Shown here: positions 20,728 through 29,030 of the stretch, piece after piece | Layout: each line of letters starts with the position of its first letter | Numbering within the stretch: the stretch's first letter is position 1 | Assembly (NCBI GenBank): GCA_035548515.1 | Contig: DASZSW010000026.1 | Location: 131,900 to 163,899, forward strand | Source: Bauldia sp. | GTDB taxonomy: Bacteria; Pseudomonadota; Alphaproteobacteria; Rhizobiales; Kaistiaceae | Direction: 5' to 3' | Length of the DNA stretch: 32,000 nt | Made by a program: the position numbers and the translations under genes | The notes under the pieces: generated by a model | The model's database searches: none | Told to the model about the DNA's origin: nothing | Seen by the model: only the letters and a program-made list of their open reading frames with translations

Positions 20728-23398
20728 TCCTTTGGCGACGAATAACCTGGCGCTTCCGTATATCGCGGCAGCCCAGGCGCAGAAGCACGTCACGCACAAC
20801 GAGGCGCTGCGGAAGCTGGACACGCTGGTGCAGCTGGCGGTCCTCGACTCCATGCTGACGACACCACCCGGCTCGCCGGCCGAAGGCGACCGCTACATCG
20901 TGGCGGCATCGGCGACTGGCGACTGGGCCGATCACGACGCCGAGGTCGCGACCTGGGTGGACGGGCTGTGGGAATTCGCCATGCCCGGCGAGGGGTGGCT
21001 GGCTTTCGACCGCGCGGCCGAGGCGATCCTCGTTTTCCTGAGCGGCGCGTGGGCGCCGGCGGCTGCGGCTCCGTCCGGCGCGCTGGGCATGCTCGGCGTC
21101 AACACGACCGCGGATACCACCAACCGGCTTGCGGTGCGCTCCGAGGCGGCGCTGTTCACCGCGGTGGAAGCCGCCGACGGCGGCAGCGGCGACATCCGCG
21201 TCGCTCTCAACAAGGAGAGCGACGCGGATACGGCATCGCTCGTGCTCCAGAGCGGTTGGTCGGGGCGCGCTGAGATCGGGCTCGCCGGCGACACCGATCT
21301 GGTAGTCAAGGTTTCTGCCGACGGCAGCAGCTGGATCGAGGCGATACGGATCGACAAGGATACGGGCCTTGCGGCGATCCTGTACGACAACGCCGTCTCT
21401 GGGCTTGGCGCGACGACGGTCCAGGATGCGATCGACGAAGTCGCCGCCGGTGGTGGTGGCGGCGGCAGCGCGGTGGTCAGCGTATTCGGCCGCACCGGCG
21501 CGGTGGCTGCCACGAGCGGCGACTACGCCGCCAGCGATGTCGACAATGACAGCGGTGTGTCCGGCGCGAGCGTCAAGGATGCGCTCGACGCGCTGGCAAG
21601 CGCAAAACAGGCCGTGGATGCCGATCTCACCGCCATAGCGGCGCTGTCACCAACCAACGACGACGTCATCCAGCGCAAGGCCGGCGCCTGGACGAACCGG
21701 ACGATGGCTCAGGTCAAGACCGACCTGGCGCTGACGAAGGGCGACGTCGGGCTCGGCTCCGTCACTAACGACGCGCAGCTCAAGGCGGCGTCCAATCTCT
21801 CCGATCTCGGCAGCGCGTCGACGGCCCGCACCAACCTCGGTGTTGCGATCGGGACCGACGTGCAGGCGTACGACGCCGATCTTGCGGCGATCGCGGGACT
21901 GTCGCCGTCGAACGACGACGTCATCCAGCGCAAGGCTGGTACCTGGACCAATCGCACGATGGCGCAGGTGAAGACGGACCTTGCGCTGACGAAGAGCGAC
22001 GTTGGCCTCGGCTCCGTCACTAACGACGCGCAGCTCAAGGCGGCGTCCAATCTCTCCGATCTCGGTAGCGCGTCGACGGCCCGCACGAATCTCGGCCTGG
22101 GCGACTCGGCAACGAAAAACACCGGCACGACGACAGGCACCGTTGCGACCGGCGACGACAGCCGCATTACCGGTGCGGCGCAGAAGGCGTCGAACCTATC
22201 GGACCTCGCCAACGCCGCCACGGCGTTCGGCAATATCAAGCAGGCGGCCGACACGAGCACGACCGGTGTGGTGGAGCTCGCGACGGTAGCCGAGGCGGGG
22301 ACCGGCACCGATACGGTACGCGCCGTGACGCCGGCCGGCCTGTTCCCGGCGCAGGCGTCCGTGGCGTCGGCATCGACGTGCGACATCGGCGCGGCAGCTT
22401 CGTCCCAGGTGACGATCAGCGGTACGACGACGATCACCGCCTTCGACAATGTCGCCGCGGGGATCGTGCGCGAGGGCGTCTTCGAGGGCGCGCTGACGCT
22501 GACCCACAATGCGACCAGCCTGAAGCTGCCCGGTGGCGCGAGCATCACGACCGCCACGAACGATCGGTTCCGCGCGCTTTCGCTGGGATCGGGCAACTGG
22601 ATCGTGCTCGCCTATCAGCGCGCGGATGGCACCGCGATCGCAGGCGGCTCGGGGACCAGCGTGCCGATTGGCACGGTAGTGCCGTACGCCGGCATCACCG
22701 CGCCGGCGAACTATCTCTTCTGCTACGGCCAGAACGTCAGCCGCTCGACGTATGCGACGCTGTTCGCAGCGCTGCGTGTCTCGGCGACCGTCACGATCAC
22801 GATCGCGTCGCCGGGTGTCGTTTCGTGGACTGGCCATCCGCTCAAGGTCAACGACCCCGTGGTCTTCCGTACGACGGGCGCGCTGCCGACGGGCATCACC
22901 GCCGGCACGGTCTACTACGTCATTTCGGCGGGGTATGGCTCGAACAGCTTCCGCATCTCGGCGACGGTCAGCGGCTCGGCGGTCAACACGTCCGGATCAC
23001 AGTCGGGCACCCACACCGGCGTTTACGCCCCGTATGGCGACGGTGACGGATCGACGACGTTTGGCGTCCCCGATCTGCGCGGCCGCGTTGTGGCCGGCCG
23101 CGACGATATGGGAGGCACCAGCGCTAATCGGCTCGTCGGCTCGGCGACTGGCTCGCTTGACGGCGATGTTCTGGGCAAGACCGGCGGCGAGGAGACGCAC
23201 CAGCTGACGACCGGCGAACTGGCGACACACACGCACAGTGTGCCGACGTCGTTTGGCACCGGCGGCGATTCGGCCAATCCGGGCCCCGGTAACGGCGGTG
23301 GATCGTCTGCGACAAGCGGATCGTCCGGCAGCAATACGGCGCACAACACCGTCCAGCCGACGATGATCCTCAACTACATCATCTATGCGGGAGCGTAA
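20720..23398 (+). CDS. Tail fibre protein: DUF2793 N-terminus, repeat-containing shaft, phage tail-collar C-terminus
   Basis: LALPYIAAAQAQKHVTHNEALRKLD marks DUF2793. The shaft contains FGRTGAV-type fibre repeats. The collar domain is marked by TFGVPDLRGRVVAG...GGEETHQLTTGELATHTHS...HNTVQPTMILNYIIYAG. The gene overlaps g15 by 8 nt. Confidence 0.85.
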   Translation: MSDPLATNNLALPYIAAAQAQKHVTHNEALRKLDTLVQLAVLDSMLTTPPGSPAEGDRYIVAASATGDWADHDAEVATWVDGLWEFAMPGEGWLAFDRAAEAILVFLSGAWAPAAAAPSGALGMLGVNTTADTTNRLAVRSEAALFTAVEAADGGSGDIRVALNKESDADTASLVLQSGWSGRAEIGLAGDTDLVVKVSADGSSWIEAIRIDKDTGLAAILYDNAVSGLGATTVQDAIDEVAAGGGGGGSAVVSVFGRTGAVAATSGDYAASDVDNDSGVSGASVKDALDALASAKQAVDADLTAIAALSPTNDDVIQRKAGAWTNRTMAQVKTDLALTKGDVGLGSVTNDAQLKAASNLSDLGSASTARTNLGVAIGTDVQAYDADLAAIAGLSPSNDDVIQRKAGTWTNRTMAQVKTDLALTKSDVGLGSVTNDAQLKAASNLSDLGSASTARTNLGLGDSATKNTGTTTGTVATGDDSRITGAAQKASNLSDLANAATAFGNIKQAADTSTTGVVELATVAEAGTGTDTVRAVTPAGLFPAQASVASASTCDIGAAASSQVTISGTTTITAFDNVAAGIVREGVFEGALTLTHNATSLKLPGGASITTATNDRFRALSLGSGNWIVLAYQRADGTAIAGGSGTSVPIGTVVPYAGITAPANYLFCYGQNVSRSTYATLFAALRVSATVTITIASPGVVSWTGHPLKVNDPVVFRTTGALPTGITAGTVYYVISAGYGSNSFRISATVSGSAVNTSGSQSGTHTGVYAPYGDGDGSTTFGVPDLRGRVVAGRDDMGGTSANRLVGSATGSLDGDVLGKTGGEETHQLTTGELATHTHSVPTSFGTGGDSANPGPGNGGGSSATSGSSGSNTAHNTVQPTMILNYIIYAGA
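21617..22096 (+). repeat. In-frame tandem duplication (255-bp period, 85 aa) inside the tail fibre gene
   Basis: D-A-DL-AIA-LSP-NDDVIQRKAG-WTNRTMAQVKTDLALTK-DVGLGSVTNDAQLKAASNLSDLGSASTARTNLG occurs twice (21617.. and 21872..). It includes a long identical nucleotide run ggctccgtcactaacgacgcgcagctcaaggcggcgtccaatctctccgatctcgg. Confidence 0.9.
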
Positions 23399-23401
23399 GC
23401 C

Positions 23402-23824
23402 ATGCCGATGCGCATCGAACGGGAGCTGGTCGACACGGCGTGGGGCGGTGGCGCGCTGCTCGATGCAGCGATAGCCGATTTCACGGCGGCGCTCGCCGCG
23501 CATTCGGCGACGGAGGGCGTGCCGGCGCCGCGCGCCGATCCGCTCGTCGAGCAGATCGTGCGGAGTGGCGGCGCCTACGAAGTCGTCGACGTCGTCGAAG
23601 CGACACCGGGGGAGGGCCGGCGGCGCGTGGCGAAGTCGCGGATCATCGAACGCCTGCACGCCGCCGGAAAACTCGTCGCGGCCAGCGCAGCGCTCGACGC
23701 CGACATCTACGCGCGCGAGCGCTGGCACGCTCCGGATCGTCCGTCGATCTACGCCGACGATCCGGATGCGTTGGCGCTGCTGGCGGCAATCAGCGCTGAC
23801 GCAGGGGAGATCATGGCGCCGTGA
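23402..23824 (+). CDS. Hypothetical protein (140 aa) downstream of the tail fibre
   Basis: ATG lies 4 nt after the fibre stop. Coding-like composition. No family recognised; position suggests a fibre accessory or assembly protein. Confidence 0.5.
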   Translation: MPMRIERELVDTAWGGGALLDAAIADFTAALAAHSATEGVPAPRADPLVEQIVRSGGAYEVVDVVEATPGEGRRRVAKSRIIERLHAAGKLVAASAALDADIYARERWHAPDRPSIYADDPDALALLAAISADAGEIMAP

Positions 23825-23872
23825 ACGTGAGAAGCGGAATGGCGGGACGATTGCTGTCGGAGATGAAGTCAG

Positions 23873-24082
23873 ATGACTGAGAAGATTGCGGACATTTGGG
23901 ACGCCCTGAAGGGTTGGCGTACCCTCGGCCTGTCGCTCGTTTTGGCTATCGTCGGGGTCTTGCAGACCACCGACTGGGCGACGATCGTGAGCCCGATCGC
24001 TGTCGGACCGGTGATGCTGGGGATCAGTGTCATCGTGGCTGCGCTGCGCGTGCTCACCGACACCCCGGTGGGCACCAAGTAG
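23873..24082 (+). CDS. Small two-TM membrane protein, holin-like
   Basis: 69 aa with ggaga upstream. Two hydrophobic helices (TLGLSLVLAIVGVL and IAVGPVMLGISVIVAAL) and a charged C-terminus. Confidence 0.5.
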   Translation: MTEKIADIWDALKGWRTLGLSLVLAIVGVLQTTDWATIVSPIAVGPVMLGISVIVAALRVLTDTPVGTK

Positions 24083-24492
24083 TGCTGGCGGCGCTGGCTG
24101 GATGGGTGCTGCGCCTCGCCTCGTCCGGACTGCTCGACAAGACGCTTGCCGCTCTTCAGGCGCGGGCGGAGAGCGGGGTCGAGCACGAGCGGATCGAGGC
24201 AAGTGTCGCCGTCGAACAGGTGCGGGCCGAGCTGGCACGCCGCCAGGCCCAGCGCGACGTGCTGCTGGCGGAGCAGGGCAGGCTGGTCACGTCGCTGATG
24301 CGGCCGGCGTTCGCCTATCCGCTGGCGGCCTACTACGCCGCGGTCATTGCGGACAGCCTTGGCCATTTTCGCTGGAACGTCGCAGCATTGCCACCGCCCA
24401 TCGGCGACTGGAGTGGCTGGATCATTTCGGCGATATTCCTGTCCGAAAGTGGCGAGCGCATCACCCGCATTCTCGCCGGCCGCCGGGCCTGA
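24082..24492 (+). CDS. Membrane protein with an N-terminal coiled segment and C-terminal TM helices, possibly GTA_holin_3TM-like
   Basis: GTG 24082 overlaps the preceding TAG. The sequence runs ...ERIEASVAVEQVRAELARRQAQRDVLLAEQ..., then RPAFAYPLAAYYAAVIADSLG and WSGWIISAIFL. The family call is from memory of the architecture only. Confidence 0.4.
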   Translation: MLAALAGWVLRLASSGLLDKTLAALQARAESGVEHERIEASVAVEQVRAELARRQAQRDVLLAEQGRLVTSLMRPAFAYPLAAYYAAVIADSLGHFRWNVAALPPPIGDWSGWIISAIFLSESGERITRILAGRRA

Positions 24493-24540
24493 AACCCAGG
24501 CGGCGCCACACGTTCAGCGGGTGTTCATGTTCTGCGCCTT

Positions 24541-24840
24541 ATGCCATTGCCCATGTTTCGTAGCCTCGCCCTGGCCCTGCCTCTGATCGCCGCGCTCGAC
24601 GTTCCGGCGATGGCGGACCAGTGCTATTCGCCCGCCGAAGCGCGGGCCATGGTCCAGCAGGGGCAGGCGCAGCCTTTGTCCAGCGTGCTCCGCCAGATCC
24701 GTGCCATCGGGCAGATCGTGTCGACCGATGCCATGCTCTGCGACGTGGGCGGGCGGCTGGTGTATCTCATCGATGTGATTCAGAACGGCAACGTCATCCA
24801 CGTGCAGGTGGATGCCACGAGCGGCCAGATCACCTACTGA
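24541..24840 (+). CDS. Secreted PepSY-domain protein
   Basis: Signal peptide MPLPMFRSLALALPLIAALDVPAMA. The C-terminal GRLVYLIDVIQNGNVIHVQVDATSGQI is typical of PepSY, and the gene lies upstream of a two-component system. Confidence 0.75.
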   Translation: MPLPMFRSLALALPLIAALDVPAMADQCYSPAEARAMVQQGQAQPLSSVLRQIRAIGQIVSTDAMLCDVGGRLVYLIDVIQNGNVIHVQVDATSGQITY

Positions 24841-24851
24841 GGAGGCGGACG

Positions 24852-25523
24852 GTGCGCGTGCTGGTGGTGGAGGACGACGCCGATCTGAACCGGCAGCTCG
24901 GGGAGGCGCTGAAGGAGGCGGGCTACGTCGTCGACTCGGCCCGCGACGGCGAGGAGGGCCATTTCCTCGGCGACACCGAACCCTACGACGTCGTCGTCCT
25001 CGACATCGGCCTGCCGGTGCTCGACGGGATCAGCGTGCTGGAGAAATGGCGGCGCGACGGTCGCACCATGCCGGTGCTGTTGCTGACCGCGCGCGACCGC
25101 TGGAGCGACAAGGTGCAGGGCATCGACGCCGGCGCGGACGACTATGTCGCCAAGCCTTTCCACATCGAGGAGGTGCTGGCCCGCGTCCGCGCGCTGGTCC
25201 GCCGCGCCGCTGGCCACGCGTCCAACGAGATCGAGATCGGGCCGGTGCGGCTCGACTCGAAGGCTGGCAAGGTCACGGTCGACGGCAACCCGGTGAAGCT
25301 GACCTCGCACGAGTACCGCGTGCTCGAGTACCTGATGCATCACCGCGACCGGGTCGTCTCGCGCACCGAGCTGATCGAGCACCTCTACGATCAGGACTTC
25401 GACCGCGACTCCAACACGATCGAGGTGTTCGTCGGCCGGCTGCGCAAGAAGCTGTCGGCGGACATCATCGAGACGGTGCGCGGCCTCGGCTATCGCCTGG
25501 TCGTGCCGGGCAATGCGGGCTAA
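24852..25523 (+). CDS. OmpR/PhoB-family response regulator
   Basis: GTG 24852 follows gaggagg. RVLVVEDDADL...DVVVLDIGLPVLDG...DDYVAKPF is the receiver domain; EYRVLEYLM...TVRGLGYRL is the winged helix. Confidence 0.92.
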   Translation: MRVLVVEDDADLNRQLGEALKEAGYVVDSARDGEEGHFLGDTEPYDVVVLDIGLPVLDGISVLEKWRRDGRTMPVLLLTARDRWSDKVQGIDAGADDYVAKPFHIEEVLARVRALVRRAAGHASNEIEIGPVRLDSKAGKVTVDGNPVKLTSHEYRVLEYLMHHRDRVVSRTELIEHLYDQDFDRDSNTIEVFVGRLRKKLSADIIETVRGLGYRLVVPGNAG

Positions 25524-26883
25524 TTCACTCGCCGTACGCCTGATCGTTGCCGCCGGGCTATGGAGCGCGCTGGCGCTCATCGTCGCCGGCTTCATCCTCA
25601 CGTCTCTCTACCGCCATAACGCCGAGCGCGCCTTCGACGACCGCATGGGCGTCTACCTGAAGACGCTGATCGGCAACCTCGCGGGCCAGGATCCCGACGA
25701 ACCGTTCTCCGATCCCGGGAACCTCGGCGAGCAACGCTTCGAGCTGCTGTATTCCGGCTGGTATTGGCAGGTGCGCCAGCCCGGCGGTGGCGCTGTCGTC
25801 CTCTCCTCCCGCTCCCTTTTCTCCGACACCCTCGACATAGCCAAAGCGACCGCCACTACCACTGTCGATGGCGTGACCTCAGGCGCGCTCTTTGGGCCCG
25901 ACGGCCAGCATCTGCGCGTGCTCAGCCAGACGGTGACATTCGATCCCAATCGCCGCTTCGATGTGCTCGTCGCCGGCGACGCCGGCGATCTCGAACGGCA
26001 GGTGCGCGACTTTGGCACCAACGTCGCGTTGACACTGGCGATCTTCGGCATCGGATTGATCCTTGCCACCACGATTCAGACACGCTGGGGCCTGAGGCCG
26101 CTCGACCGCGTGCGCCGCGGTCTCACGGATGTCCGCAGCGGCAAAGAGGCGCGCTTCGTGGAGCAGCAGCTACCGGCGGAAATCGAGCCGCTGGTGAAGG
26201 AGCTGAATGCGCTGCTGGAATCGAACAAGGAGATCATCGACCGCGCGCGCACCCAGGTCGGCAACCTCGCGCACGCGCTGAAAACGCCGCTGTCGGTGAT
26301 CATCAATGAATCGCGCGCCAACCGCAGTCCGTTCGGCACCAAGGTCGCCGAGCAGGCGGAGGCGATGCGGAGCCAGGTGAACCATTATCTCGATCGCGCG
26401 CGCATCGCGGCGCAGGTCAACGTCATCGGTGCCGTGACGGACGTGCCGCCGGTGATCGCCCGCCTCGTGCGCGCTATGCGGCGCATCCATTCCGAGCGTG
26501 GCATCGAGATTTCCGAAACAGGGCCGCAACCGGCGCTCTTCAAAGGCGAGCAGCAGGATCTCGAGGAGATCGTCGGTAACCTCGTCGACAACGCCTGCAA
26601 GTGGGCCAAGGGCAGGGTGACGGTGGCAACGACCTACACTGCGCCGACGGACGGCAACGCCGGGGGCCTCACGATCACCGTTGACGACGACGGCCCAGGC
26701 CTGACGCCCGAGCAGATGAGCGAGGCGACGGCGCGCGGCAAGCGGCTGGACGAAACCAAGCCGGGGTCGGGACTGGGCCTCTCCATCGTCACCGATCTGG
26801 TCCAGCTCTACCAGGGCACCTTCCATCTCGACCGATCGCCGATCGGCGGGCTTCGGGCGGTGGTGACGTTGCCGGCGGCCTAG
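25513..26883 (+). CDS. Sensor histidine kinase (two TM, HAMP, HisKA, HATPase)
   Basis: H-box NLAHALKTPLSVI, N-box DNACKWA, G-boxes DDDGPGL and GSGLGLSIV. Overlaps the regulator gene by 11 nt. Confidence 0.9.
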   Translation: MRANSLAVRLIVAAGLWSALALIVAGFILTSLYRHNAERAFDDRMGVYLKTLIGNLAGQDPDEPFSDPGNLGEQRFELLYSGWYWQVRQPGGGAVVLSSRSLFSDTLDIAKATATTTVDGVTSGALFGPDGQHLRVLSQTVTFDPNRRFDVLVAGDAGDLERQVRDFGTNVALTLAIFGIGLILATTIQTRWGLRPLDRVRRGLTDVRSGKEARFVEQQLPAEIEPLVKELNALLESNKEIIDRARTQVGNLAHALKTPLSVIINESRANRSPFGTKVAEQAEAMRSQVNHYLDRARIAAQVNVIGAVTDVPPVIARLVRAMRRIHSERGIEISETGPQPALFKGEQQDLEEIVGNLVDNACKWAKGRVTVATTYTAPTDGNAGGLTITVDDDGPGLTPEQMSEATARGKRLDETKPGSGLGLSIVTDLVQLYQGTFHLDRSPIGGLRAVVTLPAA

Positions 26884-26953
26884 TTTTCGCCACGCTCGCG
26901 TGTGATCTCCCGCGCGGTCCACCCGACCGAATCAATCCCGCTGGAGAAATGGA

Positions 26954-27412
26954 ATGAGCCGCATTGCCGTCATTGGTGTCCTTGGTGCCGCGTCGCTGTC
27001 GCTTGCGGGCTGCATGGGCAATGGACCGAACCAGGACGCCGGCACGCTGTTCGGCGCTGCCAGCGGCGCGGTGGTTGGCGCCGCCCTCGGCAACGGCAAC
27101 CTCGGCGCGGTTGCGGCCGGAGCCGTGATCGGAGGGTTCCTCGGCAACGCCATCGGCAGCGAACTCGACGCCAACGACCAGCGTCTGGCGACAAATGCGC
27201 AGTACGCTGCGCTAAACAGCGGGCCGACCGGAGCACCGGTGCAGTGGCACGGCCGGCGCAACTATGGGAACGTCGTGGCCGGCTCACCGTATCGCGTGAA
27301 CGACTACAATTGCCGCGACTACACCCACACGATCTATATCGACGGCCAGCCTCAGGTCGCCCGCGGCACCGCCTGCCGGCAGCCGGACGGCACCTGGCGG
27401 GTGGTGAGTTAG
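26954..27412 (+). CDS. Glycine-zipper outer-membrane lipoprotein (17-kDa surface antigen-like)
   Basis: Lipobox LSLAGC. Glycine zipper GAASGAVVGAALGNGNLGAVAAGAVIGGFLGNAIG. The C-terminus has NCRDYTHTIYIDGQPQVARGTACRQPDGTWRV. Confidence 0.8.
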   Translation: MSRIAVIGVLGAASLSLAGCMGNGPNQDAGTLFGAASGAVVGAALGNGNLGAVAAGAVIGGFLGNAIGSELDANDQRLATNAQYAALNSGPTGAPVQWHGRRNYGNVVAGSPYRVNDYNCRDYTHTIYIDGQPQVARGTACRQPDGTWRVVS

Positions 27413-27504
27413 GCCGCCGGGCATTGCCTTCCGCGCCGTTCGCGACACTATGTCAGCGGGCGGCTGCTGACCGGCAGGGCTAAGACCCGCCCCGGACAAG
27501 GCCG

Positions 27505-28533
27505 ATGGTTCTCTGGATCGCCATGGCGGTGCTCGCCGCCGCGGCTGCATTGCCCCTCCTCGTTGCGCTCGGACGTTCGCCGCGAACCGCGGCGGGCGAA
27601 GCGGAAGCTGTCGCGATCTATCGCGACCAACTCGGCGAAGTGTCGCGCGATGTCGCCCGCGGAGTCATTGCCGCCGACGAGGCGGAGGGCGCGCGCATCG
27701 AGATCGCGCGACGCCTGATCCGGGCGGGCAGCGAAAGCACGCCCGCGGCGGCGGCCTCCGACTGGCGTCGCCGCATAGCCGCGATCCTGGTCGTTGCGAT
27801 GCCCGTCGCGGCGCTTGGGCTCTATCTCCTTCTCGGTTCCCCTCTCGACCCTGATCAGCCGTTGCTCTCACGTCCCGAGGCAGTCGAATACCAAGATATG
27901 CTGCAGCGCGTGGCTCTGGTGGAGCAGCACCTCGCTCAGGTACCGGATGACGGCAAGGGCTGGGAAGTGATCGCCCCCGTCTACACCGGGCTCGGCCGTG
28001 ATGCAGACGCAGCGCATGCCTGGTCGCGCGCGATCGCGCTGCTGGGATCGACAGCGGCGCGTCAGGCCAGTCTCGGGCAGGCGCTGATGACGGCGGCCGG
28101 CGGCACCGTAACTCCGGACGCGAAGGCCGCGTTCGAGCGGGCGCGCGACCTCGACCCAGCCGACCCGCGCCCCCGGTTCTATCTCGCGCTCGCGCTTTCG
28201 CAGTCCGGCGAAAAGGACGCGGCATCCGCCGCCTGGCGTCAGCTGATCGATACCGCCCCGCCCGACGCCCAGTGGCTGCCGATTGCACGGATGGAATTCG
28301 CCAAGGTCGCGGGGCCGGAGGGCATGGTCGCCTCGCTGGCGGCGCGGCTGAAGGCGGCACCCGACGACGCCCAAGGTTGGGCGCAACTCGTCCGTTCCTA
28401 TATGGTGCTCGGCCGGCCCGACGATGCGCGCGCGGCCCTGGCCGACGCACGCACAGCGCTGGCGGCGGACCAAGCCAAGGTGGCAATCGTGGAGACAGCG
28501 GCGCGGGAAGCGGGCGTGGAGGCAGGCCAGTGA
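27505..28533 (+). CDS. ccmI: Cytochrome c-type biogenesis protein CcmI (CycH)
   Basis: N-terminal TM, then AIYRDQLGEVSRDVARGVIAADEAEGARIEIARRLI, a second TM and a TPR-like C-terminus. Sits directly upstream of ccmEFH. Confidence 0.85.
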   Translation: MVLWIAMAVLAAAAALPLLVALGRSPRTAAGEAEAVAIYRDQLGEVSRDVARGVIAADEAEGARIEIARRLIRAGSESTPAAAASDWRRRIAAILVVAMPVAALGLYLLLGSPLDPDQPLLSRPEAVEYQDMLQRVALVEQHLAQVPDDGKGWEVIAPVYTGLGRDADAAHAWSRAIALLGSTAARQASLGQALMTAAGGTVTPDAKAAFERARDLDPADPRPRFYLALALSQSGEKDAASAAWRQLIDTAPPDAQWLPIARMEFAKVAGPEGMVASLAARLKAAPDDAQGWAQLVRSYMVLGRPDDARAALADARTALAADQAKVAIVETAAREAGVEAGQ

Positions 28534-29030
28534 CGCGCAAGCAGCGGCGACTGACACTGATTGGCGTTGCCGGGCTGGTGCTCGTCGTGGCGGCCGGATT
28601 GGTGCTCTACGCCCTGTCCGATCGTATTGTGTTCTTCAGCTCGCCGACCGACATCGTCACGAAGCAGATCGCTGCCGGCACGCGGCTGCGCCTCGGCGGA
28701 CTCGTCGTCGCGGGTAGCGTCGTCAAGCAGGACGACGGCCATGTACGTTTCGACGTCAGCGACGGGCGTACGTCGATCGCGGTTTCATACCAGGGGCTGT
28801 TGCCCGATCTGTTCCGCGAAGGGCAGGGGGTTGTCGCCGAAGGTGTCGTGGCCGGCGACTTTTCCTTTGCGGCCGACACGGTGCTCGCCAAGCATGACGA
28901 GCGCTACATGCCGCCCGAGGTCGTCGAGGCATTGAAGAAGGCAGGTCGCTGGCAGGAAGGCGCGGACACGGTGCAGGGTTCCGACGCGGCGAACGGCCCG
29001 CCGATGCCACTGACGTCGCCGGCGCAATGA
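28530..29030 (+). CDS. ccmE: Cytochrome c maturation haem chaperone CcmE
   Basis: GTG 28530 overlaps the ccmI stop. RLGGLVVAGSV...VLAKHDERYMPPEV contains the haem-binding His motif. Confidence 0.92.
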   Translation: MTRKQRRLTLIGVAGLVLVVAAGLVLYALSDRIVFFSSPTDIVTKQIAAGTRLRLGGLVVAGSVVKQDDGHVRFDVSDGRTSIAVSYQGLLPDLFREGQGVVAEGVVAGDFSFAADTVLAKHDERYMPPEVVEALKKAGRWQEGADTVQGSDAANGPPMPLTSPAQ

